Shown one piece after another: positions 13,301-26,275 of a stretch of 64,000 nucleotides of DNA. The stretch covers positions 178,746,001-178,810,000 of the forward strand of contig OX597816.1 in the NCBI GenBank assembly GCA_951406725.2, written 5' to 3'. The notes beneath the pieces were generated by a model. That model was given only the letters and a program-made list of their open reading frames with translations, had not been told where the DNA came from and made no database searches. Made by a program: the position numbers and the translations under genes. The stretch is from Octopus vulgaris. Taxonomy: Eukaryota. Each line of letters begins with the position of its first letter. The first letter of the stretch is position 1.

Positions 13301-13691
13301 TCTCTCTCTTACTCTCTTACTCTCTTGTTTCAGTCATTTGACTGCGGCCATGCTGGAGCACTGCCTTTAGTCGAGCAACTCGACCCCGGGACTTATTCTT
13401 TGTAAGCCCAGTACTTATTCTATCGGTTCTTTTTGCCGAACCGCTAAGTAACGGGGACGTAAACACACCAGCATCGGTTGTCAAGCAATGCTAGGGGGAC
13501 AAACACAGACACACAAACACACACACACATACATATATATATACATATATACGACAGGCTTCTTTCAGTTTCCGACTACCAAATCCACTCACAAGGCATT
13601 AGTCGGCCCGGGGCTATAGCAGAAGACACTTGCCCAAGATGCCACGCAGTGGGACTGAACCCGGAACCATGTGGTTGGTTAGCAAGCTACT
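13301..13691 (-). mobile_element. tRNA-derived SINE (octopus OR-type-like)
   Basis: B-box GGTTCAGTCCC, CTTGGGCAAGTGTCTT core, internal microsatellite and GCATGGCCGCAGTCAAATGACTGAAACAAG tail. Confidence 0.85.
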
Positions 13692-14003
13692 CCCTGAAGT
13701 AGTGAAGAAGTTCGCTACTCACTACCTTTTCAAGTAATGTTAAATTATTATTAGATTTTTCATTCTTTTTCCTACGTTTGTTTTATATATTTATTTTCAA
13801 CCACTAATATTCGTCATCATCATCATCAGCAGCAGCAGCAGTTGTAGTAGCAGCAGCAATTGGTAAGTATTGAGAAATAATAAAAAACACATTTAGCAAA
13901 CTCCAAAAATGTTATTCGTTTCGTCTTTTTAATCCAATATTTCGATTGTATAGAAAACACCAAGTAGTTCCTCACACATTGTCTTAATTTAATCCGTCTA
14001 TAC

Positions 14004-14398
14004 AGGTGCAGGCGTGGCTGTGTGGTAAGAAATTTGCTTCCCAACCACATCGTTCCGGTTTCAGTCCCACTATGTGGCACTTTTGGCAAGTGTCTTCTGC
14101 TATAGCCTCAGGTCACCTAAAGCCTTGTGAGTGGATTTGGTAGACGGAAACTGAACGAAGCCTGTCATGTATGTGTGTGTATGTATGTTTGTGTCTGTAT
14201 TTATCCTCTACCACCACTTGACAACTGGTTTTGGTGTGCTTACGTCCCCGTAGCTTAGTGGTTTGGCAAAAGAGACCGATGGAATAGATACCAGGCTTTA
14301 AAAAATACTGGGGTCGGGTCATTCGACTAAATATTCTTCAAGGCGGTGCTCCAGCATGGCCACAGTCTAACGACTGAAGCGCGTGTTAGATAAAAGAT
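14004..14398 (+). mobile_element. Same SINE family, full length
   Basis: GGCGTGGCTGTGTGGTAAG A-box, TTCAGTCCC B-box and GCATGGCCACAGTC tail; inverted relative to the 13301 copy. Confidence 0.85.
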
Positions 14399-14594
14399 GT
14401 CCCAGTTGTGATTGAACAGTATGTTCTTTTGCTTATGTGTGTGTGTGTGTGTGTGTGTGTACGCGTGGAATGTTGGTGGAATATAGATAACAAAAACAAT
14501 TTTTACATTGCATCATACATATATGGGTAAAGTAGTTTTAATGATTGCCTAATTAAATATGAACTCGTCTATATGACATGCTTTGGGACCTCAA

Positions 14595-14930
14595 ATAGAG
14601 GGTAAAGATCCCCTTTGATCACGAATAACCATAGGATTGTACCTAGAAAGTTCCCGTCCGAGGCACAAGTCCAGGCAGGGTTGTTTATGAAAGACCAGCA
14701 GTCGCCCATGCATACCAGCCTCCCATCTCCACGCCACCGATGTTATCCAAAGGAAAGGCAAAGGGGCCAATACAGCTTGGCACCAGTGACATCGCAATTC
14801 ATTTCTACAGCTGAGGGAACAGGAGCAATGTGAAATAAAGTGTCTCACTCAAGAACACAACACACAACCCGGTCCAGGAATCGAACTCACTATCTCATGA
14901 TTTTGAACTCGCCGCTCTAACCACTGAGCC
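14595..14930 (-). mobile_element. tRNA-derived SINE (another family)
   Basis: GGCTCAGTGGTTAGAGC...GAGTTCGATTCC head; body matches 5180-5380. Confidence 0.8.
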
Positions 14931-15859
14931 TGAGATAATGAAGTTATGCTATTTCTCAATGTATCTGAAAGCATTATATACTGGGTATCCCTGCTCTTAA
15001 ATGTGGTCTAAGGCGGATGTGATTTTTTCTTCTTTTCAGTACTGTCTATTGAGACTACTTTTTCGCTTCACACAAATGATTTTGCCAGACACTAGCAAGA
15101 GGACAGTATGTGACATTACTGAAGTTGCACTGAGACATGAATTTTGAGTAATTCTGTTTGTGGAAAGCAGCCAAATTTTAGACACAAAATCTAGCTGGCT
15201 TTGATATTTTTATTGAAATGTTCGTGTGAGGATGATGATTCGGAATATATTTGTCTAAGGAATGTCGTGGCTATTTAAAATAAATGTGGGATTGAACTAA
15301 ATAAATTTTCTGCTTCTAATTTTTCTCACTTCTGTATTATGATGTCGGCTAAATTATATTTTCTCTTCGAATCCACTTTCTTTGTCTGAAGATACACGGC
15401 TGCTAATGTTAATGATTGACTTTTAATAACAATGGGGATGGAGTTGAGAATGTAAGTAGTGATTACATTTTCATCGTATCAAATAGTTTCGCAATTATGG
15501 TCATACACTAAAGAAAATTTACAAAGAAAATATTTTTGAAAGTATGTATTCGAAACTTGCAAAGAAAATATGAAAGCTAAGGTAAAATGCTTTGTTTGTG
15601 GCTACAGAATAAATACATTATTGCAACACTATAATAACGTCAGATTAAAATTTAACAATTAATATTAGGGATCTTTTCCTTTTGAACGGCAGTTTTCAAC
15701 ACAATTTCTAGTTAACTAAACACTTTTAAACTTCGTATACCGGTAGAATGTGTCAAAATAAAACATTTTTTCTCTTGGCTTTCTTGAGAAAATTGTAATT
15801 TGTAAGTTTAACGTAGTTTAATTTTTCGAATTTTAAGTTGTCACCATATCTTTTTTTCT

Positions 15860-17259
15860 TTTAGGTTAAGTTGTACCTTTCCTCTGACATCAGGCTGTTA
15901 TTTGAGAGTTGGTATTTCAGCAGCTCAAGCAACTGTGCAGAGGACTTTTTGTCTTAAGTAAGAAAGGGTTCATGAATTAGATGAATAGCGTTCTTAAGAA
16001 AAGAGAAATCTAGGATATAAGAAATTGAACTTCTGTAGGTTTGGTCTGGAGAAAAGCACAATGCTAATGACCAAGGAAATCTTCCGTAGCCAGTAAGGTT
16101 GACAAGGCTAAGGTTGTTCTTCAACAATTCAAGTCTACGTCTAAGATGATTGGTTAATGCAGAGACTGGGGATGGCAGAGAAGAACCGTGTGAGTTATGA
16201 TGTTTGAGAAAAATTGACACGAGACTAGTGAAATCCGAAGAACAGAAACCACTGTAGTGGCAGAAGAAACGATAGAGAGTAGAAACAGCCATACTGCACA
16301 TCAGCGAATCGAGTGATCTAGCTTTAAATTCTTCTTAAGATGTCTGTGTGTAACAGCACGAACATCCTAAACGTGGGAGCAATACTCCATTGTTGGTCAC
16401 ATTTGAGATTCGTAGAGAGTTCGTAGTTGTTGGTGTTGGTAGAATCAATTATTTTTAGCCCATGAAGACGAAAGCCAGACTTTATGGATGATGCAGTCTT
16501 TGTTAAAGTGGATATGTATGTTCGACAAGAGAGACCCTTAGTGATGGCGTTAGCCTAACATGTGTAACAACTTTGAGAGTACTAGTCTTTGTGGAAGAAA
16601 ATAAGATTGGTTTGACTTCCAGGAGGATGTTTTTGAAACCCTTCTGTTGTTCTTAGTGTATACTTGACGTGAGTTGTATATGTCACATGTGGATAGAATG
16701 TAGAAGATGCATGAGGACAGCGTTTGTGTGCGATGGTTGGGTGGATAAAGATCATGGTCAACGTAAGAGTGGCCATTATTGGAATCGATAGCAAGTTGGC
16801 CGTTAATGTGTAGAAGGAAGTGCGTAATGAAAGAAGACGAAACTTAAGGCACGAGGGCTGATAGAGTCAAAGTCAGCTCCACCAGCACACTCTGCAATGA
16901 CGCAGCTTCAGAAGAAGCTACCAATCCAAGAGACGATTGAGCCCATAACCAGGCAGTTTAGAACAGAGGTTCCAGACACGGTTCAATGTTTTGTTAATGA
17001 CATATGTAATAACAATTTTCACCAAATTTCTCAAGGTAGAAGACCAGATGATAGAAGATTTTTTTAGTAGATCTGATTTTACGAAAGCCGTACAGGTGGG
17101 AGGGAGATAGATTCTAGTTTATAGAATGGCTTGTTAATGATTGTCACCGTCACAAAGTGAATTGGATAAAATGATATTGGACAGTGTCAAAGTGGTTGCC
17201 TTTTTTGAGAATGAGTCAATTGTGGCATGTTTCCAAAGTTCAGAACATATCACTGCAGG

Positions 17260-17320
<61 letters not shown>

Positions 17321-17321
17321 C

Positions 17322-17416
<95 letters not shown>

Positions 17417-17421
17417 CGATC

Positions 17422-17494
<73 letters not shown>

Positions 17495-18560
17495 GGGAGG
17501 GAGGGAGTGACAGGGGTGGAGAGAGAGGAGTGGAAAAAGAGCGAGAGAGTGAAAATTTTGGCGAGTTCTGCAGTGTGTTTGAGGGTAACAGAAAAAAAAA
17601 CATCGTCAGGGTTGAATACATTGTTGGTTTGAAGCAACCGGGTGTATTTTTGCACTTTGTGTGTATGTGTATATGGTGGTGCATTTGATGGAGTGAAAAA
17701 GGATTGTTTGAAAATGAATATTTCTTATGTGTGCAGTGTGGAGCGCTGAGAAATGAAGGGGGTGTAATTTCAATGTGCTCTTAAGAGATCCTCTTAATAA
17801 GGGAATTTATATAGGCTGCAGTTTGGAAAGGTTGGAGTGTTTGCGGGCTGTCTAATGCAGGGAAGCATCTTGTGTGTCTTGGATGATAGTTTTGCAGGAG
17901 TTATGGCGCTGGTTGAGAATTGTTGTTGGTGATTTTCTCAAAGCATTGTAAGCTGTATTTTTGCTTGAACTACTGCAGCTATGAGAACTACTTTAGGGTT
18001 TTGGTGGAATTAGGAGGTGTATGCACAAGAGAGTGGTTTCAGTTACCTACATGCTTGTTTCTGAGATGTCATCGGTGAGGCAATTGTGCTATAAGGAATA
18101 ATTATCGTAGAACAGGCGAAATACCGACCAATCAAGTCACTGGAAAAGCCATGCGATCCACGAAGTAAGGGAATGATGTGTAGTCCCTATATGGATGCAT
18201 TTATGTCACTGAGGCCGATTTCATAAAGATGTGAGGTATAAGGCTACAATCTGATGGTGAGTTGATGGTGGTTGGGGGAAATCGGGTTGCGGAAGAGGAA
18301 GCAGCTGTATGCAGAGGAGTGTGAGAAGGGGATTTTGAGTTAGAGTAGCTGGACTCCTTTGTTTCTAATGTCCAAGTGAGAGAGATGAGTGGTGGAGAGA
18401 GTGGAATTTATATGTGTAAACTTAACACCTTTCAGAGAGAAGCTTGAGTAAAAAGTGGACCATAGATTGGGGTCTGTGTGGTTTGCCTGTTAGTTTGCTT
18501 GTGTCTTGCTCCACAAGGAGGTGATTTGTGGACCGGAGTTAGGTTCTGGGCAAGAGAACT
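15860..18560 (-). pseudogene. Highly decayed CR1/L2-group LINE, interrupted by (GATA)n
   Basis: Residual C-terminal motif AVSTLYRFFCHYSGFCSSDFTSLV and a degenerate GVPQG-like region near 16850; boundaries approximate. Confidence 0.45.
17260..17493. repeat. (GATA)n microsatellite
   Basis: Direct observation. Confidence 0.95.
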
Positions 18561-19571
18561 ATTGTATCTTAGACAAGGGATCAATTTACTAATTTATTTG
18601 TGTAACCCATGATGTTGTTCCCAAATAAAAGTATAATCACCGTGGATTGGCACTATTTGATTAGTTTTCTAGTAGAATAAGAGACGTATTTAAGTCGTTC
18701 TTTTTACTTTCCTTTTTTTAATTTTGTAATGAACGAGAACATCTGTTTGTGAAATACTTACAAGTTAAGACATTGCGTACATAGTACGTAGAAAATATTC
18801 TAGATTTCAAACATTTAAATGAGTATATTGTGCAATAACTGGATATTACGACAGTAGGAACTTGTAGAGTGTCAGTAAATGCTCAGTTACGAAATACTAG
18901 CCATGTCCCTGAAGAGAAAGTCAAGTCTTCTTAATGCGATTTAGCGTTGCTGGACCCTTCAAAGAGAGAATGCAACAGAGAAGTGAGTCCAAGGATGGAC
19001 CCTACCAAGAAAGAATTCCACAGAAAAGTGAGTCCATGGACGATAAGAGACTTGCTTATTTTCAGCGCATCGCACTCAACGAAGTCCTGCTATCTATGAT
19101 GGCAAGATTTTTATTTTCCTCCACATGGCAAAAAGGAATGAACCAACCGTAGTCTCTCCACCAGCTAAAAAATAAAGGGCAACTTTCCCCCAAATTACAC
19201 ATTTTAAGAATATATTAAATAATGTACTCCTAAATATACTGAACCTTAAAAAAACAGTTAGCAGCTGGATTGTATTTAATTATAATTGTCTTGAATAAGG
19301 GTCGGGCTAGGTCTGAACCACCACCTCCACAACAAGAAAATGTGTTTATTTAATTAGTAAGTCTGGTTATAGAAATGAAGGTCTGTCTATTTGTACACCT
19401 AAGCTATTAATGATGCCTTAAATAAATAAACAGATGAATAAGATATTGAGTTGATACGGCACTTTTCAGTACTTATTCTACAGCCTTCTGGTATGGTATG
19501 TTATTTCTATTTTAAGTTCTTTCAATTCACGCGCGCGCGCACGCACACACACATATCTGTGTGCATATGTG

Positions 19572-19619
<48 letters not shown>

Positions 19620-20555
19620 GACATATATATACATACATATATATGTATGTTCATATATATATGTGTGTGTGTGTTTGTGTGTACGTGAGCGTATATGCTT
19701 GTATGTATGCATGTATATATACATGTACGTAAGTTTGTAAGTATTCACAGTGGTGTAGACCGGGTTCTCAGCACTCAGGAGCAAAGAACCCATTTTGCTC
19801 CCCGACTTCTATTGCATTGAAAAGATGGAATGGCCATCATGGAAATGGCTGGTGACTGTTCTAGAAGAGCTTGTGTAAGGATGTTATAATGGTGAGTGAG
19901 GGTGGTATTTACATATTTACATTCAACAAAATTGGTGAGGTTGGTGCAGACAGGAAAAAGAATGTTATCAACAGGTCTGCGACATGTCTAGCAGATTTGT
20001 TGTTTCTTCTTATCAATTGTTTTCCTTTGACATTCGTTATCTGTTGTTTGTCCAATTGTGTTTTATAGAATAAGTGCAATCGCACAAAACTCTCGACTCT
20101 CGAGTCATTCTGTTGCTTCTGCTAGATATTAATAAAAAAAATACGTATTAAAAAAAAAAAAAAAACCTATGGCATCACTAGAAAAACATTTAATTTAAAT
20201 AGAGAATATAAATAGATAGAGTGAGTTACAGCTGTTTCTAGAATAGCCAAGCATGTGGATCATGATATTGAGTGACGATTCCGTAAGCTAAGTGTACTGT
20301 CTTCGGAGATGGAGAAGTCAGAGAAATATAAAACAATAAAATGAAGAATATCCCCAATCGAGGATATAAGTACTTTCCAGTTTGTCAAAAAATGAAGGAA
20401 GGATCAGAGTGAAAAGTACATGCATTAGGAAGTTCCATGATGAAATAAATAATAAAGATATAGGTAAGGTTCATTAGCAGTTCCATAAGTGAATATTCGA
20501 GGATAATCCATGATAAAGGATAATGTAAGTTGGTGGTTCAATATTTGAATAGGGA

Positions 20556-20611
<56 letters not shown>

Positions 20612-20804
20612 TCATATTTTGAGTTCTATGTTTCCTGTTTGCTTCACCAAACCTGTATTATAGAATATATTTATCTCCGCAATCGTAGGCGATAAATGAG
20701 GGTTCTGAAATTTCTTGATGAACAAACCTGCACAGATGATATACTTATAATGGTCAAATCATTGTATTGTACCTTAGCTCTCTCCCTTCATCAAACTGCT
20801 TTTG

Positions 20805-20835
<31 letters not shown>

Positions 20836-20839
<4 letters not shown>

Positions 20840-20990
20840 ATAGAAATGGTAAGAAATCAAAAGAATGAAAGAAACCTCGATATTATGTAAATAGATGAAT
20901 TTATTTATAAGTATAATATGTGACAATTATTCGGTAGCCATGGTAAAACTCGGAGTTTTATCATGACTACCGAATAATTATCACATATAT
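20836..20990. repeat. Fold-back pLTR fragment (palindrome 20916-20988)
   Basis: Arms ATATGTGACAATTATTCGGTAGCCATGGTAAAACTC / GAGTTTTATCATGACTACCGAATAATTATCACATAT; homologous to 38100-38225. Confidence 0.8.
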
Positions 20991-20993
20991 TTA

Positions 20994-21036
<43 letters not shown>

Positions 21037-21043
<7 letters not shown>

Positions 21044-21990
21044 ACACCACCATCACCACAGATATATACTATAAACACACAGACACACATCAATACCTAA
21101 ATTTTAAGTCGTGCCATCCACCACATACAAAACGTAACATCCCATACTGCCTAGCCAGAAGAATTTGTACTATTGTAGAAGATGCAAATATCAGGAACAA
21201 ACGCCTAATAGAACTAAGAGAATTTTTGCTCAAACAAAAATACCCATCTCTACTTATAGAAAATGGCATACAGCGGGCTATAAAAATACCTATACAACAA
21301 CTTAGGACAACCCAAGGAAGAGGAAAACAAGAACAAGTCATACCATTCATAGTGACACACAACCCATGTCACCAGAATATCTTCAACATTGCCAAAGCAA
21401 ACCTACCAATCATTGCCCAAAGTAATGAATTAAAAGACATAATCAAGGATCGAGCTATGGTGCTTAGTAAAAGACAGCCTAAAAACTTGAAAACATTACT
21501 AACAAAGGCAAAATTTGACCTCAGCAACAAAGACCAAACATTCACGGTATCTAAATGCAATGATAGCCGATGTGGCACATGCCAATTCATACATACCGGT
21601 CAATATATAAACACAAAAACCGGGAAAATATTCACAAACGCGAATATGAACTGCAAAAGCAGAAATTTAATTTACTGCATCAAATGCCCAAATTGTGAAG
21701 AAATATATGTAGGTCAGACGGGAAACGCACTATTAGAACGCTCACGTGTACACCGGCAACAGATTAGAGACCCAGAGGTCCGTCAGATACCTTTGAGTAA
21801 CCACCTAGCAACATGTGGTCGGAAAATATATATAATATTTCCATTCTACAAATTACACAGCCCAAGTGAAATCGAGAGGAAAATCAGAGAAAAGAATTTT
21901 ATTGATAAATTCGAACCCAAGCTAACCCAACAATTGCTGCTTCGGCCAGGGTCAAGATACAGGACTCTTGACCTGTCCAACAAAGCGTGA
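21037..21990 (+). CDS. 5'-truncated Penelope-like element ORF: RT thumb + GIY-YIG endonuclease
   Basis: Open frame extends upstream of the listed ORF: TDIYYKHTDTHQYLNFKSCHPPHTKRNIPYCLARRI; Cys-rich linker CNDSRCGTC; NLIYCIKCPNCEEIYVGQTG, RSRVHRQQIR, REKNFI. Confidence 0.92.
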
Positions 21991-21994
21991 TGCC

Positions 21995-22115
21995 TAAACC
22001 AATCAGCTCAACCAACCAATCAGCTTAAGTAATTGAGTGATACTACACACTGATTGGTCAGAATACAGTTTGCAAAACCTAGCACTCTGGAGCCTACCCA
22101 GCTGTATTTATAGCA
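21995..22115 (+). promoter_or_regulatory. Putative Pol II promoter in the Penelope pLTR
   Basis: CCAAT at 21999 and 22016, ATTGG at 22053, TATTTATA at 22105; AATAAA downstream at 22291. Confidence 0.5.
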
Positions 22116-22175
22116 CAGAATCACTCATCTTGCTACAGTCAAAAATTGTGAAGCATGACTGTCAACACTACTACA

Positions 22176-22220
22176 TGAACCCGAAGATTGCAGAATTCAA
22201 TGCATGAAAGTACTAGTTCA
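22176..22220 (+). ncRNA. Minimal type I hammerhead ribozyme in the Penelope pLTR
   Basis: TGAAC-CCGAAGA-T-TGCA(GAATTCAA)TGCA-T-GAAA-GTAC-TA-GTTCA; stem I TGAAC/GTTCA, palindromic stem III AGTACT, U4C core. Confidence 0.8.
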
Positions 22221-22330
22221 ATCAGAATATTTCATTTTATTTTATTCAATTATAATATATTATCTTATAATATATCATTATAAGATTGTAAATAAAACGT
22301 GAAAATCAGACAAGGTTGGAATTCTTTTTA

Positions 22331-22390
<60 letters not shown>

Positions 22391-22559
22391 TACATACATA
22401 CATACATACATACAGACAGACAGACAGACAGACAGACAGAGAATAAAAGCGGGAAGATATGAGGTGTTTATTTTCATAATAAATGATGTACTCGCTTCTA
22501 CGATTAAGTCATTTTTTTATTAGTTGGAAGTACTTTACGCCCCTTTGTGAAAAGTCTTT

Positions 22560-23750
22560 ACTCTTATTCCCCGTGTATTTGCAAGTTGTTGGCGGGATAT
22601 ACTATTGAAATCTAAAACCAATACCTTTAGATTTTAGACACCAAATATATTCTGAGAGCGGTTACATTTCATAATTTTCTGCTACTAAAAGTATGCTGAT
22701 GGGCTGCATATCGACGCTTAAATGTATTTGAGGTAGAATCGATGTTATATATATATTGCTCTATAATGTTACTATCAGTGGCTTGAGAACGAAATTTGCT
22801 TCGGGAGTGCAAACTCAATTCCAATTTCTTTTACAAACAAGGCCGATTTTTTTCAATCTTAATATTAAGACAAACACAAGTATGATAATATTCATTATTA
22901 TTATATATGGAAAAGTAATGCTTCAAATCATTCCAAAGATTTCTCTATACTCGCTCATTTTAGCAATGAAGTTATCCAAGAGAAGGTCCAAAGTGTTTTC
23001 ATTGCACAAGTTTTTATGTCCATGCATTACGGCACAGCGTGTCAGACGATGTTGCGTCATTGTGGTACGGAGTCAGGTCTTCAAACAGCGAAGTGTGCTG
23101 AACATTCTCTTACTTGATGCAACAAACAGAGGCTTGCAACATAATAACATTTTCATTACAAAAGCTGGTCCTTTCAGAAGAACGGTGATTTGGTGAACAA
23201 AGTTCAATGCATCAGTGACCATGGAAACTGTAGGTCCAATTTCTTGGAGGACAAGGTCCAGAGAGTAGTTTCCGCAGTGTACAAAATATACCCGGAAACA
23301 TGTCTTTTAATATCTTTTGTATACCTGAAATGTTTCTGCTCATAGAACATGCGCCGTCAAAGACAAAAGCAGCATAATTTTGAGCCCAGAGAAATGTTTA
23401 GGAAACAAAAACAACCAGGATAACCTTATTCATTCTCTCCGAAGGTTATAAAAGCTGAGAAAATCTTTGTGGACATCTTGGTTTTCATAAACTACGGCAA
23501 TAACTGATTTTTGTTCCTTGCCAGAGCAATCATATATAACATCAATAAACATAGAATCTTCAACTATTTTTCTGATCTCATGCTGTGTGTTATGAGCTTA
23601 CGCCTATAGGATTTCATTTTGAATGGCATCACATAGCAAATTAACTCGTCGTTTAAGCTGCTGACTTATTTCTGCAGCATATTCTTCGGCAAGTTCTCTT
23701 TTGAGATTTACAAAGTTTCCTCTGGCATGTGTTAACTTCCTCTTCGAAGA
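22560..23750 (-). pseudogene. hAT transposase remnant
   Basis: RGNFVNL, DCSGKEQ, DVHKDFLSFY, FVFDGACSMSRNISGIQKILKDMFP and FVHCGNYSLDLVLQ (DGA and CxxH-like motifs). Confidence 0.7.
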
Positions 23751-23754
23751 TGGA

Positions 23755-23962
23755 ACTAGTAACTTCTTTTATCTTTTACTAAGGATATTCCTTGATCTTT
23801 CAATTATGGAACTGTGAACTGCTATTATCTTTCACTAAGGATTGCCTTAATTCCATGATTATGAACGTGCTAACCACTACTATCTTTCACTAATTATGTT
23901 CTTTAGTTATTCGATGAACTGGTAGCTACTAATATCGTTTATTAACGATATTCCTTAATTCT
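23755..23962. repeat. Degenerate ~55-bp tandem repeat, about 4 units
   Basis: TATCTTT(T/C)ACTAA-like motif recurs near 23770, 23826, 23881 and 23933. Confidence 0.6.
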
Positions 23963-23999
23963 TTCTCTCCAAAGACGGAATGTTTGGCTAACATGGAAA

Positions 24000-24430
24000 T
24001 CTTTGCTCAATGATACATGATGCACATGCTCAGTTATTCTAGAAACAACTAAGAAACTTTACGCATTATTTCTTAATCCCATATTTGCTTTAACTACTCA
24101 GTAATTACGTTTGAATTACAAAGTACATGTTTTACTTGTTCAGCTCTCTTTCTAATATATCGAGTCATCTCATATTGTCCAGAAATAGCTGTGGGAATGG
24201 CCTGAACATTGTGGATGAAGTTTATATTAGTGGTAAAGATCGAGTATTTATTTCCCCTAGATGGACGGGTAATAATTTCCTGCATGAGGAAGGCTTTTGT
24301 AGTTTCAAGAAGAGCACTCATATCTCCCCTTTTCAGTTGTTTAATTTCAGCTTGGATATAGCCCTCAGGCCAGCTGAGACTAGGAAAATTAAAGTCCCAT
24401 GCTAAAAGTACATTGGCCTCACGTTGCTCT
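24000..24430 (-). pseudogene. CR1-group LINE endonuclease fragment
   Basis: FLMQEIITRPSRGNK...FTTNINFIHNVQAIPTAISGQ resembles the PTRG..LDL..TN...SDH motif. Confidence 0.45.
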
Positions 24431-24608
24431 GCAAATCACTTCGACTCCTGACGCGTGGTACACCGTGCTCCCGCTCAGGCAACGTCGATTTGATGAAGAG
24501 AGTTAACCAATGTACAGCACATACATTTGATCACTATAAACAAATCATCTGTGCAGGTCGTTCGGCTAATGGGGAACACTCATACGTTGTTTTCGACAGG
24601 AGAGTTCA

Positions 24609-24833
24609 TCATACATACATACATACATACATACATAAATACATGCATGCATGTATGTATGTATGTGTGTATGTATGTATGTATGTATGTATGTATGTAT
24701 GTGGGTGTGTATGTATGTATGTATGTATGTATGTATGTATGTATGTATGTATGCATGCATATATGTATGTATGTATGTATGTGTGTATGTATGTATGTAT
24801 GTATGTGGGTGTGTATGTATGTATGTATGTATG

Positions 24834-24867
<34 letters not shown>

Positions 24868-25117
24868 TGTATGCATGCATATATGTATGTATGTATGTAT
24901 GCATGTATGTATGTATGTATGTATGTATGTATGTATGTATGTATGAATGCATGTATGTATGTATGTATGTATGTATGTATGTATGAATGTATGTATGTAT
25001 GTATGTATGTATGTATGTATGTATGTATGTGTGTGTGTATGAATGTATGTATGTATGTATGTATGTATGTATGTATTTATGTATGTATGAATGTATGTAT
25101 GTATGTATGTATGTATG

Positions 25118-25151
<34 letters not shown>

Positions 25152-25545
25152 TGTATGTATGTATGTATGAATGTATGTATGTATGTATGTGTGTGTGTAT
25201 GAATGTATGTATGTATGTATGTATGTATGTATGTATTTATGTATGTATGTATGTATGTATGTATGTATGTATGTATGTATGTATGTATGTATGTATGTAT
25301 GAATGTATGTATGTATGTATGTATGTATGTATGTATGTATGTATGTATGAATGTATGTATGTATGTATGTATGTATGTATGCATGCATGCATGCATGTAT
25401 GTATGTATGTATGTATGTATGTATGTATGTATGTATGCATGCATATATGTATGTATGTATGTATGCATGTATGCATGTATGCATGTATGTATGTATGTAT
25501 GTATGTACGAATGCATGTATGTATATATGTATGTATGTATGTATG

Positions 25546-25579
<34 letters not shown>

Positions 25580-25986
25580 TGTATGCATGCATGCATGCAT
25601 GTATGTATGTATGTATGTATGTATGTATGTATGCATGCATGCATGCATGCATGTATGTATGTATGTATGTATGCATGCATATATGTATGTATGCATGTAT
25701 GCATGTATGCATGTATGTATGTATGTATGTATGTATGTATGTATGTATGTATGTATGTATGTATGTATGTATGAATGCATGTATGTATGTATGTATGTAT
25801 GTATGTATGCATGCATATATGTATGTATGTATGTATGCATGTATGTATGTATGCATGTATGTATGTATGCATGTATGTATGTATGTATGTATGTATGTAT
25901 GTATGTATGTATGTATGTATGTATGTATGTATGTATGTATGTATGTATGTATGTATGAATGCATGTATGTATGTATGTATGTATAT
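24609..25986. repeat. ~1.4-kb (TATG)n tract with CATG/AATG variants
   Basis: Direct observation. Confidence 0.97.
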
Positions 25987-26074
25987 AGTTAATATCCAGA
26001 CGTTACAGAGCGACTCAAGTGCCGACTGTCTCGTGCTAGACCAGATTATCATCAGACGTCACTGTAAGTTCAAG

Positions 26075-26275
26075 GCCTAAAATTTTGTGGGAGAGGGGCT
26101 TGTCGATTACATCAACCCCAGTGCTCAATTCGTACTTATTTTAATAACCCCGAAAGGATGAAAGATAAAGTCAGTAATGTCAACCTCAGTGGTTTTAAAC
26201 TCAGATCGTGAAATCGGAAGAAATGCCACTGCGAATTTTGTCCGGCATGTTAACGACTCTACCACTTCGCCACCT
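26075..26275 (-). mobile_element. Diverged SINE (family of 48782)
   Basis: GTCGATTACATC...CCCCGAAAGGATGAAAG...TTCGCCACC. Confidence 0.7.

Noticed and set aside
20222-20310. Minus-strand CCGAAGA...GAAACAGCTGTA as an intact hammerhead
   Set aside because: Stem III palindrome is present but stem I does not pair and stem II is unclear; counted only as a decayed remnant
23755-23962. Regularly spaced ~55-bp motif as a repeat-spacer array
   Set aside because: The intervening sequences are also homologous, so it is a decayed minisatellite
24424-26080. MYVC/HTYI ORFs
   Set aside because: Translations of the (TATG)n microsatellite
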